Positions 35,394 through 44,621 of a DNA stretch of 64,000 nucleotides are shown piece after piece. Origin of the DNA: an uncultured Candidatus Saccharibacteria bacterium. Its GTDB lineage: Bacteria > Patescibacteriota > Saccharimonadia > Saccharimonadales > CAZVRA01. Positions within the stretch are counted from its first letter, which is position 1, and each line of letters begins with the position of its first letter. The notes below the pieces were generated by a model. That model saw only the letters and a program-made list of their open reading frames with translations, made no database searches and was not told the origin of the DNA. Position numbers and translations under genes: made by a program. The stretch is taken from assembly GCA_964630055.1 (NCBI GenBank), contig CAZVRA010000001.1, positions 91,569-155,568 of the forward strand, given 5' to 3'.

Positions 35394-36074
35394 TCAAGCT
35401 TTTTGGGGATTATCTGGCTTTTGCTTGGGGTTTTGGCTAATTGGTTTGGTGGTTTCGGTACCAGCACCGCCGACTGTTTTGGCTAAAATTTCCATCATTC
35501 TTTTGGCATGCTCGCGGCTCATGCCGACGCGGGCAACGGTTGCCGACTGGCCAGAATTGCCGGTTTGCTGCATAAAACTGAGCACCACGCCGTGGTCGTC
35601 TACGGCCACATTGACGCGGTTGGTATAAACAATCCGCGGGTCTAGCGCCAGCAGCATGGCAATTGGTGGTAGCTGCTCTAGGGCAGATGGCAAGCGTTTT
35701 GACTGGTCGTCTCCGCCACGGCGCTGGTTGCTCGATCCTCTGTCATTATCGTGGTCATCGGCGTCAGGGTCGTAATCTTGGTCGGTGTCGTCTTCCTGAG
35801 GTAGATTGTCTGGGTCGTAGCCGGCCAAGCTCCAGCAGTCAAGAGCGGTTTGGTCGTCTACATCAAAATAACTAAATAGCAAAAACAATACGTCTTCGCT
35901 GGGGCGCTGTTCGCCGACTTCTATGCGGTTTAGTTGGCCGGGGTCAATTTCTACAGCGCCAGAAACTTCGTCTAGGCTGGCTTTTTGCTGTTGTCTTAAA
36001 ATGCGTAGCTGCTGGCCTAGGTCTTTAAAAGGCCGTTTTAGAGGTCCGTGGTCATTTTTCCCGGTTTTGCTCAT
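35394..36074 (-). CDS. XRE-family HTH protein with acidic linker and C-terminal DUF3467-like segment
   Basis: LGQQLRILRQQQKASLDEVSGAVEIDPGQLNRIEVGEQRPS HTH. D/E-rich linker. C-terminal VYTNRVNVAVDDHGVVLSF. ATG 36074 preferred (TATCAT 7 nt upstream on the minus strand). Confidence 0.7.
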   Translation of the reverse strand: MSKTGKNDHGPLKRPFKDLGQQLRILRQQQKASLDEVSGAVEIDPGQLNRIEVGEQRPSEDVLFLLFSYFDVDDQTALDCWSLAGYDPDNLPQEDDTDQDYDPDADDHDNDRGSSNQRRGGDDQSKRLPSALEQLPPIAMLLALDPRIVYTNRVNVAVDDHGVVLSFMQQTGNSGQSATVARVGMSREHAKRMMEILAKTVGGAGTETTKPISQNPKQKPDNPQKA

Positions 36075-36143
36075 TAGAAGTATGATACCCCTAAAGCGAT
36101 GGCATGGCAAATATGACGCAAATACGGCATACTATAAAAGCAT

Positions 36144-37172
36144 ATGCGTGTACAAGAAAAAGTTAGTCTAAAAGATCATTCGACCATGCGGCTGGGCGGC
36201 CAGGCCGCCTATTTTTGCACAATATCCGACAAGCACGAGCTGGTCAACGCGCTGGACTGGGCCGATAAGCATCGCCAAAAAGTCAAAATAATTGGTGGCG
36301 GTAGCAATTTGGTCTGGAGCGACGACGGTTTTGCCGGGCTGGTTATAGTCAACCAAATCAAGGGTTTTAAAGTGGTCAAACAGGGAAGCACCAGCTACGT
36401 AACGGTTGGCGCCGGTGAAGATTGGGACAGTGTGGTCGAGCGGACGGTGCGACTAGGCTTAAGCGGCATAGAGGCTTTGTCACTAATACCGGGCAGGGCC
36501 GGAGCGACCCCAGTGCAAAACGTGGGCGCTTACGGCCAGGATGTGTCGCAGACCCTGGTCAGAATAGAGGCTTACGACCGCGACAGTCAGGCTTTTATAA
36601 CTTTACAAGCCGAAGATTGCCAATTTAGTTACCGATACAGTCGTTTTAAGGGGCCAGACGCCGGTCGGTTTTTTATTGTTGCGCTGACATTTGCTTTGCA
36701 GCGAGTCAACCCTCGGCCACCTTTTTACCCAGCAGTGGCCAATTATTTGCGTGAGCACCGCATAAATGTGGTAACACCATTGGTGCTGCGCCAGGCAGTT
36801 ATAGCGATTCGGTCGGCCAAGTTGCCCGATCCGACTAAGGTGGCCAACAGTGGGTCTTTTTTTGGCAACCCAATTGTGGGGCCGCAAACCTTGGCCAAGC
36901 TGCTCAAAAAATACCCTGATGCGCCACATTGGGTTTTGTCGGGTGGTAATGCCAAACTTTCGGCCGCCTGGTTAATAGATCAGGCCGGGTTCAAGAATTT
37001 TCGCGACAAGAGTACCGGTATGGCCACCTGGCCCCAGCAGCCGCTGGTTTTGGTTAACGAAAAGGCCAAAAAAACCGAGGACTTGATAGTTTTTCAGGCC
37101 AAAATCCGCTCGGCCGTAGACAAAAAATTCGGCGTCTACCTAGAAAACGAACCCGAAATAGTCGAAGTGTAG
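36144..37172 (+). CDS. murB: UDP-N-acetylenolpyruvoylglucosamine reductase MurB
   Basis: LKDHSTMRLGGQAAYF, IIGGGSNLV, GIEALSLIPGRAGATPVQNVGAYG, SGSFFGNP. Confidence 0.9.
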   Translation: MRVQEKVSLKDHSTMRLGGQAAYFCTISDKHELVNALDWADKHRQKVKIIGGGSNLVWSDDGFAGLVIVNQIKGFKVVKQGSTSYVTVGAGEDWDSVVERTVRLGLSGIEALSLIPGRAGATPVQNVGAYGQDVSQTLVRIEAYDRDSQAFITLQAEDCQFSYRYSRFKGPDAGRFFIVALTFALQRVNPRPPFYPAVANYLREHRINVVTPLVLRQAVIAIRSAKLPDPTKVANSGSFFGNPIVGPQTLAKLLKKYPDAPHWVLSGGNAKLSAAWLIDQAGFKNFRDKSTGMATWPQQPLVLVNEKAKKTEDLIVFQAKIRSAVDKKFGVYLENEPEIVEV

Positions 37173-37173
37173 T

Positions 37174-38478
37174 CTAGGCTTGGTCGCTGGGCAAGGGAAA
37201 TTGCTCGGAAAATTGGCGGACTTCGCGGGCTAGGCGGACTAATTTGGCCTGGTCGCCGCGGTTTTGGATGGTGGCCTGCATCCAGCGGGCAATTTGCTCC
37301 ATGTCCTTAACCTTAAGCCCACGAGTGGTAATGGCGGGTGTGCCTAGGCGCAAGCCGCTGGGCCTAAAAGGTGGCAAGCTGTCGTTAGGTATGGCATTGC
37401 AGTTGGCGTTGAGGCCAATTTGGTCTAGAGCATCTTGGGCTTCGCGACCAGAAATGCCAAAACTGGACATCATGTCGATCATAATTAGGTGGTTGTCGGT
37501 ACCGCCGCCGACCAATTTAAAGCCGCAGTCCATTAGCTGACCGGCCAATTCTTGAGCGTTGTCTAGTATGGCCTGGGCATATTTGGCAAAGCTGGGCTGC
37601 AAGGCCTCGTTAAAAGCAACTGCTTTGGCGGCAATGCTGTGCATGTGCGGGCCACCCTGGAAGCCAGGGAAGACCTCGCGGTCAATAAGGGTTGGCAGGT
37701 TATCTATAGTTTTTGGCGGGGCTTTGAGCGGGTTGCTAACAGTACCCTTGGACAAAATTAGCCCGCCACGCGGTCCGCGCAAAGTTTTGTGAGTGGTGGT
37801 GGTTATAACATGAAAGCCAAAATCGAATGGGTTGGGCAAAACTTTGCCGGCGATTAATCCGGCAATATGAGCCATGTCGGCCATCAGCACGGCACCGACT
37901 TCTTGGCCGATGGCGGCAAATTTGGCGTAGTCGAGGCTGCGGGGATAGCCGCTAAAGCCGGCCACAATAATTTTGGGTTTTTCGCGCAGGGCAACCTGGC
38001 GCATTTGTTCGTAGTCTATGTCGCCTGTTTGGGGGTCGGACACGCCGTAGCGCACAAAATTATAAAGCTTGGCGCTGCTGGTAACTGGAGCGCCGTGGGT
38101 CAGGTGGCCGCCGTGATCTAGCCGCATGGCCATAATGGTGTCGCCCGGTTCCAGCCACGCTTGGTAGACGGCAATATTGGCTGGAGCGCCGCTGTGGGGC
38201 TGAACATTGGCGTGGTCGGCGCCAAAAAGTTTTTTGGCTCGTTCTATGGCTAGCGATTCTAGTTGGTCGGTGTTTTCTTGCCCTCCGTAGTAGCGTTTGC
38301 CGGGGTAGCCTTCGGAGTATTTGTTGGTAAAAACGCTGCCTAAAGCGGTTAGGACGTCTCGGCTAACGTAATTTTCGCTGGGAATTAGTTCTAACCCTCG
38401 CCGTTGGCGGGATTCTTCGGCGGCAATTAATTTGGCCACAGTTTTGTCGTGCATAATTGGTGCGTTGGCGTCTGACAT
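37174..38478 (-). CDS. glyA: serine hydroxymethyltransferase
   Basis: ELIPSENYVS, YPGKRYYGG, TTTTHKTLRGPRGG (PLP lysine). SD GGAGGAG. Confidence 0.97.
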   Translation of the reverse strand: MSDANAPIMHDKTVAKLIAAEESRQRRGLELIPSENYVSRDVLTALGSVFTNKYSEGYPGKRYYGGQENTDQLESLAIERAKKLFGADHANVQPHSGAPANIAVYQAWLEPGDTIMAMRLDHGGHLTHGAPVTSSAKLYNFVRYGVSDPQTGDIDYEQMRQVALREKPKIIVAGFSGYPRSLDYAKFAAIGQEVGAVLMADMAHIAGLIAGKVLPNPFDFGFHVITTTTHKTLRGPRGGLILSKGTVSNPLKAPPKTIDNLPTLIDREVFPGFQGGPHMHSIAAKAVAFNEALQPSFAKYAQAILDNAQELAGQLMDCGFKLVGGGTDNHLIMIDMMSSFGISGREAQDALDQIGLNANCNAIPNDSLPPFRPSGLRLGTPAITTRGLKVKDMEQIARWMQATIQNRGDQAKLVRLAREVRQFSEQFPLPSDQA

Positions 38479-38602
38479 TGCTACTCCTCCTGAACTTACA
38501 ATTTATAGTAACACAAACAGGGGTGTCAGGCACGGGCAAAACGCCAAAAATGCTGGCAAAAATACTTGCGGATTATCTCACGAATAGTATACTTAAGGGC
38601 AC

Positions 38603-40126
38603 ATGTCGACCACAAACCAAAAAATAGGTCAATTTATTTACCAAGTACGGCAAGAAAGAGGTCTCACGCAGGCCGCACTGGCCAAGCGCCTAGGCACTAG
38701 CCAATCGGCGGTTAATCGGATCGAGCACGGCAAGCAAAACCTCAGCTTAGAAACGTTGGGTCGAATTAGCGACGTGCTGAATCGGCCCATAATTCAGACT
38801 GGCGACAGCGGCGTGAACCTGCGTATAGAAGGCGGGCATGAATTGCACGGTAGTGTTACGCTTAAAACCAGCAAAAATGCCGCGGTGGCGCTGCTGTGTG
38901 CCAGCTTGCTAAATACTGGCGTGACGCGTTTTAAGGCCTTTCCGCGGATAGAAGAAGTCTACCGGATTATAGAGGTGCTTGAGAGCATTGGGGTCAAGGT
39001 AAAGTGGCTGCCCGGTAATGATCTGGAGCTGCGCCGCCCTGCCAAGCTGGATTTGGCAAATATTAATGCCAAATCGGCTCGTCGCACGCGTAGCGTTTTG
39101 ATGCTGCTTGGACCGCTCATGCACCAGCATAAAAGTTTTACCATACCGTATGCTGGCGGTTGCAAGCTTGGTTCGCGGACGGTGTCGCCTCACCTTATGG
39201 CGCTAGAAAATTTTGGTGTCGATGTAGTGGCCGAAGAGGGTCATTACCAGGTCACGGTGGGCAAAAAAGTGCCCAAAGACCGAGTGGTTTTGTACGAGCA
39301 GGGCAACACCGTAACCAACAACGCGCTTATGGCGGCAGCCGGCACCAAGGGCACGACCATCATTCATGGGGCCAGCGCCGACTACATGGTCCAGGACCTG
39401 TGCTACTTTTTGCAAAGGTTGGGCGTAAAAATACAAGGGGTCGGCTCGTCAATTTTGACTGTTCACGGGGTTGGTATGGTCAAAAAAAATATTCGTTTTG
39501 GCTCGACCGAAGACCCAATCGAGGCGATGTTTTTTGTTTCGGCCGCGGTCACGACTAACTCGCAGCTAACAATCTGCCGAGTGCCAATCGACTATATTGC
39601 GCTAGAATTGCTTAAGCTAAAGGTCATGGGCCTAAAGTTTTCTACGACCGACCGCTACAAAGCCGAAAACGGTACCACCGACCTCGTTGACCTAACAATT
39701 TACAAGCATGATGGTTCGCTAAAAGCGCCGGCCGACAAGCTCCATCCAAATTTGTGGCCCGGCATTAACCCCGACAATATCCCATATTTTGTACCAATTT
39801 GCGGCGTCTTGCGCGGTCGAACGCTAATTCACGACTGGATGTTCGAAAATCGGGCCATTTATTACACCGAAATGACCAAAATTGGCATGAATGTCGAATT
39901 GGTCGACCCCCACCGCCTGTATATTAAGGGGCCAACGGCTTTTGTCGCCGGCGACGTGGTCTGCCCGCCAGCACTGCGTCCTGCCAGCCTGCTGCTAATT
40001 GGCATGCTGGCTGCCAAAGGCACTAGCATGTTGCGCAACGTCTACACCATTAACCGTGGTTACGAAGACATTGCCGAGCGGCTTAATAGTTTGGGTGCGC
40101 AAATCACCATTTTGCACGAATTGTAA
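38603..40126 (+). CDS. murA: UDP-N-acetylglucosamine 1-carboxyvinyltransferase MurA with N-terminal XRE-type HTH domain fusion
   Basis: Residues 1-65: IGQFIYQVRQERGLTQAALAKRLGTSQSAVNRIEHGKQNLSLETLGRISDVL (HTH_3-like). Then LRIEGGHELHGSVTLKTSKNAAVALLCASLL and the active-site Cys context YAGGCKLGSRTV, typical of MurA. One uninterrupted 507-aa ORF. Confidence 0.9.
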   Translation: MSTTNQKIGQFIYQVRQERGLTQAALAKRLGTSQSAVNRIEHGKQNLSLETLGRISDVLNRPIIQTGDSGVNLRIEGGHELHGSVTLKTSKNAAVALLCASLLNTGVTRFKAFPRIEEVYRIIEVLESIGVKVKWLPGNDLELRRPAKLDLANINAKSARRTRSVLMLLGPLMHQHKSFTIPYAGGCKLGSRTVSPHLMALENFGVDVVAEEGHYQVTVGKKVPKDRVVLYEQGNTVTNNALMAAAGTKGTTIIHGASADYMVQDLCYFLQRLGVKIQGVGSSILTVHGVGMVKKNIRFGSTEDPIEAMFFVSAAVTTNSQLTICRVPIDYIALELLKLKVMGLKFSTTDRYKAENGTTDLVDLTIYKHDGSLKAPADKLHPNLWPGINPDNIPYFVPICGVLRGRTLIHDWMFENRAIYYTEMTKIGMNVELVDPHRLYIKGPTAFVAGDVVCPPALRPASLLLIGMLAAKGTSMLRNVYTINRGYEDIAERLNSLGAQITILHEL

Positions 40127-40174
40127 GGGCAGATTCTGGCGTCAATAGACTTGCTGAGGTGATATAATACTTGC

Positions 40175-40684
40175 ATGATACGAGTAATTGTGGTCATAGA
40201 TGCAAAGCGTGGCCTGGCGAACGAGCGGGGGCTGCCCTGGCATTTGCCTGGTGACTTGGCTTATTACAGGGAGCGCACCAAGGCTGGCCCGATAATTATG
40301 GGCTATCACACATACCAGGAACAAAAAGTGCCGCTCGGCCACGGCACCAATTATGTGTTTGTTGTTAGTGGTCGGCCGGCCAAGCTGCGGCCAGGTTTTG
40401 TGGCGGTGCATGACTTAGCGCAATTTTTAAATAATTACAGGGGTGCGAGTAGTCCGGGTAGTCCTAAAGGCGACATCTGGAACATCGGCGGCGCCAGGCT
40501 TTTTGCCCAAACTATGGACATGGCAGACGAGCTGTACATAACACTTATTGACGGAGATTTTAACTGCACTAAGTTTTTTCCGGAGTACGAGGCCGATTTT
40601 GAGCTAGCCGGCGAAAGCCAGCCTCAGGTCGAGAACGGCACCGAGTATCGCTTTACCACTTGGCGCCGCAAAGGCAAACAATGA
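40175..40684 (+). CDS. folA: dihydrofolate reductase
   Basis: IRVIVVIDAKRGLANERGLPWHLPGDLAYYRERT..., IWNIGGARLF. TATAAT 40163-40168 lies 6 nt before the ATG. Confidence 0.8.
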   Translation: MIRVIVVIDAKRGLANERGLPWHLPGDLAYYRERTKAGPIIMGYHTYQEQKVPLGHGTNYVFVVSGRPAKLRPGFVAVHDLAQFLNNYRGASSPGSPKGDIWNIGGARLFAQTMDMADELYITLIDGDFNCTKFFPEYEADFELAGESQPQVENGTEYRFTTWRRKGKQ

Positions 40685-42216
40685 CACCCGAAACTACAAC
40701 TGAAGCGCCAGCGGTCTCTGCTTGGCGCCGTCTGGCTGCCCGGGCGATGTTGTGCGGCGGCCTAGGTATGGCGGCTGGCTTGGCTGGCACTATGCTAGAC
40801 CCGGTCGAGTCGCAGCTGGGGCCGCATCGGGCAGAGGTTACCACCACCTTTGACCAGTACGACACTATCGACGCCGGCCCAATTGGGGCGCTGCGCCAAT
40901 CTATTGGCAGCCGCACTTTACCGCTGGGCGTGCATTTGGATATTAAGGAGCCGGCCGTGGGTAGCCCGCTAGCGGTGCAGGGGGACAGCGCGGCCAATGA
41001 GCAACTGCTCCGCCAGTATGTTGGCTTGCTGGACACCAAAGTTATTGCGCGCAATATAGAAGATATCCGCACCGGTCTGGAGCGACGTTTTATTTTTTAC
41101 GGTTTGGCAGGTGTGGCAGCCGGCTTTTTGGCCACCCGAACCCGAGCCCGAGCCCAGGCTCGCCTGCCAGGCGTGGCCACTAGGAGGCAACGCTTTTTGC
41201 CCATCGTGCTGGCCGGTAGTTTGCTGACTGTTGGCTCGTCACCATCGCAACAGGATTCGCTGTCTTGGCAGCCAGTATCTGGTGTTTTTGCTGATACGCC
41301 GCTCAAAAATATGCAGGTGGCGGGGGCGCCGCTTCAGCTGGCGCTCAACAATTATGGCCCGCGGGCGGTAGAGTTTTGGCATCAAACCGAGGATTTTTAT
41401 GCCGAGGCTGCGAATAGTACCGCCCAAACCTTGGCCTCGGCGCTGCCGGCAAAAATTCCCGATGGCCACGCGCGAGCCTTATTTATTAGCGATAACCATT
41501 GCAATATTGGTATGGGCCAGGTGTACGAGTCGGTTATAAAAAGCGCCAACCCAAGCCTGGTTATTGATAGTGGCGATACCGCGATGGGCGTGCTGCCATA
41601 CGAAGGAATTTGCATAGACAGCCTGTATAGCCAATTTGGCAAGCTGTCAATAGCGGCGACACTTGGCAACCACGACGCGCCGTCTATTGCCGACGCCATG
41701 CGCCAGAACAAGGCGGTGGTCATGAATGGCAAGGCCCAAACGGTGGCTGGGGTGACGTTTTTGGGAGTGCCCGACCCCAGGCAAACTGTTATTGGTCAGG
41801 GGACCAGTTTGCGCGAATCCAGCATGACCATGGACTCGGCGGCCCAAAATCTTTTGGCCGCCGCTTGCAGCGAGCAGCAAAAAACCGGCCGCGAACCGTT
41901 GATTTTGGTTCATGCCAGTCAGCTGGCTGACTTGGCGCTGCGAGGCTCTTGCGCCACAGATGTATTGGCCGGACACAAGCACGTTTTTAGCGCCGAGCAG
42001 GTTAGCGACTGGCTGGGCAGTAAGCATACCGTATTGACCAATGGCACTAGCGGCGGCGCAGCCGAAAATAGCTTTACACCCGGGCCGCTCAAAGCCCCGG
42101 GCGTAATGGCGTTGCTTGACATAAACACAGCCACCAATCGGCTGGCAGGTTACCGGACCATTAGTATTATGCCCGACGCCACTGTGTGGTTGGGGTCGGC
42201 AACTAGTGTTGGTTGA
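40681..42216 (+). CDS. membrane-anchored calcineurin-like metallophosphoesterase
   Basis: LFISDNHCN, DSGDT, LGNHDA, GHKH motifs. ATG 40681 overlaps the folA stop (ATGA) and is preferred over 40660. Confidence 0.7.
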   Translation: MTPETTTEAPAVSAWRRLAARAMLCGGLGMAAGLAGTMLDPVESQLGPHRAEVTTTFDQYDTIDAGPIGALRQSIGSRTLPLGVHLDIKEPAVGSPLAVQGDSAANEQLLRQYVGLLDTKVIARNIEDIRTGLERRFIFYGLAGVAAGFLATRTRARAQARLPGVATRRQRFLPIVLAGSLLTVGSSPSQQDSLSWQPVSGVFADTPLKNMQVAGAPLQLALNNYGPRAVEFWHQTEDFYAEAANSTAQTLASALPAKIPDGHARALFISDNHCNIGMGQVYESVIKSANPSLVIDSGDTAMGVLPYEGICIDSLYSQFGKLSIAATLGNHDAPSIADAMRQNKAVVMNGKAQTVAGVTFLGVPDPRQTVIGQGTSLRESSMTMDSAAQNLLAAACSEQQKTGREPLILVHASQLADLALRGSCATDVLAGHKHVFSAEQVSDWLGSKHTVLTNGTSGGAAENSFTPGPLKAPGVMALLDINTATNRLAGYRTISIMPDATVWLGSATSVG

Positions 42217-42745
42217 GATAGTCTTTTAGTTTGTCAAAAGGTTTAATTTTCAAATATGTTTTTTGGTCGTCGGTTTGGTTCATTTCGGCGCGGGTTATGC
42301 TATAGCCCTCTGGTATAAAAATTTGATCCCAACCATAACCATTGTTGCCTCGCGGGTGTTGTGCTATTTTGCCGCGCAGGTAGCCCTCAAAAAGCTCCAA
42401 CTTGGCCCCATCGTAGTAGCCAAAAACACAGCGAGCGGTAGCGTCTCTGTCTAGACCGTCTAACGTTCGGCAAAGTGTTTCGAAGGGCACTTTTTCGACG
42501 TAAAATTTTATGAACGTGCCCGGTAGCCCATTAAGCGCCGCAAATTCAAGGCTAACATCCTCGACTATCACCGGAGTTTTAACAAAATTATAAGCTTGCT
42601 TAATCTTGTGTTCGACCACTTTTTTAAGATTGAGCGACTGAATCTCGTCCAGGGCAATTTTTTTGTGCCGAATAGGAGCGCCCAAATACTTTGCAAGATA
42701 ATCGGCTTTAGCCTGATTGCCGGTTATAAAAGTCGCTCTTTGCAT
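42203..42745 (-). CDS. rdgB: non-canonical purine NTP pyrophosphatase (HAM1/RdgB family)
   Basis: ATFITGNQAKADYL, VIVEDVSLEFAALNGLPGTFIKF, GYGWDQIFIP. Confidence 0.8.
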   Translation of the reverse strand: MQRATFITGNQAKADYLAKYLGAPIRHKKIALDEIQSLNLKKVVEHKIKQAYNFVKTPVIVEDVSLEFAALNGLPGTFIKFYVEKVPFETLCRTLDGLDRDATARCVFGYYDGAKLELFEGYLRGKIAQHPRGNNGYGWDQIFIPEGYSITRAEMNQTDDQKTYLKIKPFDKLKDYLNQH

Positions 42746-42935
42746 ATGCCGATTTTACCACGTCATTGGATATATTATGTGGTTATGCTATAATATGGTT
42801 TATGAATTTGAGCAACAAATTCCTACCGGTTACAGATAATTTTGCTCGGTACAACTCTTATTGGGCTTAGAGCCCATTTATCTAAAAATACTTTTTAATC
42901 TATTTATCTAACTCAAATTAACTGAGGAGACTATT

Positions 42936-43622
42936 ATGTCCGTCATTGGAATACTCGGCGGCATGGGCCCTCAGGCAAGTGCTAGGTTGGTTGAGCTGAT
43001 TATTGCTAAAACACCTAATTTTGTTTCTAATCCTATTGATAGTGATTTTCCAGAAATAATACACTTGTCTGTGCCCGTGCCAAACTTCGTATCAAGTAAA
43101 AATAATATGGAGAAAGCCAAACAAATACTAATAAAACGCACAAAGCTGCTCGAAGCAGCAGGGAGTACAATTAACTGCATTGCTTGCAATACGGCTCATT
43201 TGTTATTGCCCGAATTGCAAGCAGAAACGTCGGTGAAATTCCTTTCTATTCCTGTGCTAGTCGCAGAAAAAATAAATCAACAGAACTTTAAGAGGGTTGG
43301 ATTATTGGCTTCCCCAAACACCTTAAATTCTAACTTGTTCGATCAGGCGATTGACCCATCGGTTACTTTAATTCGCCCGTCTAAACCATTGTCCAAAAAA
43401 ATTGAGAAGTTAATTGTTAGCCAGTTAAAGGGGAGTATAGGCACTGCAGACAAAGCTGAATTTAGAGAAATGGTTGGTGCTTTTCTAGAGCAAAACAGTC
43501 TTGACGCTGTGATTTTAGGCTGCACCGAGCTGCCGCTTATTTTTGGAAATAGTCAGGATGAAAGAATTATCGATACACTAAATGTTCTTTCCGAAGGCTT
43601 GCTTTTGGAGCACTATCGTTAA
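42936..43622 (+). CDS. aspartate/glutamate racemase family protein
   Basis: IGILGGMGPQAS, catalytic Cys contexts IACNTAH and LGCTELPL. SD GAGGAG. Visibly more AT-rich than its neighbours. Confidence 0.85.
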   Translation: MSVIGILGGMGPQASARLVELIIAKTPNFVSNPIDSDFPEIIHLSVPVPNFVSSKNNMEKAKQILIKRTKLLEAAGSTINCIACNTAHLLLPELQAETSVKFLSIPVLVAEKINQQNFKRVGLLASPNTLNSNLFDQAIDPSVTLIRPSKPLSKKIEKLIVSQLKGSIGTADKAEFREMVGAFLEQNSLDAVILGCTELPLIFGNSQDERIIDTLNVLSEGLLLEHYR

Positions 43623-43624
43623 GA

Positions 43625-43783
43625 CTATTTTTTCGAATTCTGAGCAGCAATTAGGTTTGCGAATGCCGCGATAAAAAATAATGTTGTAGCAATAAGCTTT
43701 GAAGGACCAGGTACTGCCAACCAGATACAGCCTGCTGCAAACAGTAACCCAGCACTGAGATATGGAAGATTTTTCTTATTCAT
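43625..43783 (-). CDS. candidate 52-aa two-helix membrane micro-protein
   Basis: Hand translation MNKKNLPYLSAGLLFAAGCIWLAVPGPSKLIATTLFFIAAFANLIAAQNSKK*. Minus-strand TATAAT (43790-43795) lies 6 nt before its ATG. Confidence 0.35.
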   Translation of the reverse strand: MNKKNLPYLSAGLLFAAGCIWLAVPGPSKLIATTLFFIAAFANLIAAQNSKK

Positions 43784-43797
43784 AACCTAATTATATT

Positions 43798-44181
43798 TTA
43801 TTTATTGGTGCGAGCCTTCTCAAGCCAGTTAGCAATTGACTCCACAGCTAGATTATCTGTAGTTATTTTAACAGCAAAATCTTCCAGGTCTCCGGGTGTA
43901 ATTTGAAAACCAATATCGTTAATTCGTAAAAAGGTCAGCCCAACCAGCATAGCTGTTCGCTTGTTCCCATCCACAAAAGGGTGATCGGCAATAATACCCC
44001 GTATTAACGCCGCTGCTTTGTGGGTTAAGCTAGCATATACTTCTTTGCCAAAAACATTCTGCTGCTGGGTTGCAAGAGTCGCTTCAAGCCTGCCTAAGTC
44101 GCGTAGTCCGGCTGAGCCACCCGTATCGCGGGCTACTAATACATGCATCTGCAATACTTGTTCAAGAGTGATGAGATTCAT
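43798..44181 (-). CDS. doc: Doc (death-on-curing) Fic-fold toxin
   Basis: Fic/Doc motif HPFVDGNKRTA. 127 aa. 4-nt overlap with the upstream antitoxin gene. Confidence 0.85.
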   Translation of the reverse strand: MNLITLEQVLQMHVLVARDTGGSAGLRDLGRLEATLATQQQNVFGKEVYASLTHKAAALIRGIIADHPFVDGNKRTAMLVGLTFLRINDIGFQITPGDLEDFAVKITTDNLAVESIANWLEKARTNK

Positions 44182-44405
44182 CTTTTAGCGAGGTTTGCAA
44201 AATCCTGTTTGTACTCGCTCAGGATTGATCTAGCTGCATTAATGACTTTTTGGTCTTCGTGACTGGCTGTACGGATCGGCTTAATGGTCACTTCAACTTC
44301 ATCCCCAAAGCCTATATTTTGACGCTTTAACTCCTTGGCTGGAATAGTAACACCGCCACTCGAACCGATTCTAATGATTTTTTGGGTACTGTGTATCATA
44401 CGCAT
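44178..44405 (-). CDS. AbrB/SpoVT-type antitoxin partner of Doc
   Basis: IRIGSSGGVTIPAKELKRQNIGFGDEVEVTI swapped-hairpin motif. Duplicated TTATAATA boxes upstream (44406-44424). Confidence 0.75.
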   Translation of the reverse strand: MRMIHSTQKIIRIGSSGGVTIPAKELKRQNIGFGDEVEVTIKPIRTASHEDQKVINAARSILSEYKQDFANLAKR

Positions 44406-44459
44406 ATTATAACAATATTATAATAAAAGCACAACCCTTAATTTAAAGCTGCTTATGAT

Positions 44460-44536
44460 TGGAGGGCCAGGAGGGGCTCGAACCCTCGACACCCTGCTTA
44501 AGAGGCAGGTGCTCTAACCAGCTGAGCTACTGGCCC
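44460..44536 (-). tRNA. tRNA-Lys (anticodon CUU)
   Basis: Reverse complement: GGGCCAG acceptor, anticodon arm CCTGC-CTCTTAA-GCAGG, T-arm GGTTCGAGCCC, encoded CCA. Confidence 0.9.
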
Positions 44537-44621
44537 ATTCCAATGGGCCACACTATAGCATAATACCCCTGTTGTAGCAACTACAATACCGCTTAAATAA
44601 GGCTTATGTCATACTGTAACC

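Noticed and set aside
40653-41072. 139-aa minus-strand ORF and other antisense ORFs (41397-42137) within the metallophosphoesterase gene
   Set aside because: They are shadow ORFs of a GC-rich gene whose plus-strand frame carries the full DNHxN/GDT/GNHD/GHxH phosphoesterase motif set.
42746-42935. Direct repeat of the tRNA-Lys(CUU) 3' end that would delimit an integrated island
   Set aside because: I found no match of 10 nt or more to the tRNA 3' segment at the far border, and no integrase. The segment is therefore reported only as a compositionally distinct islet.
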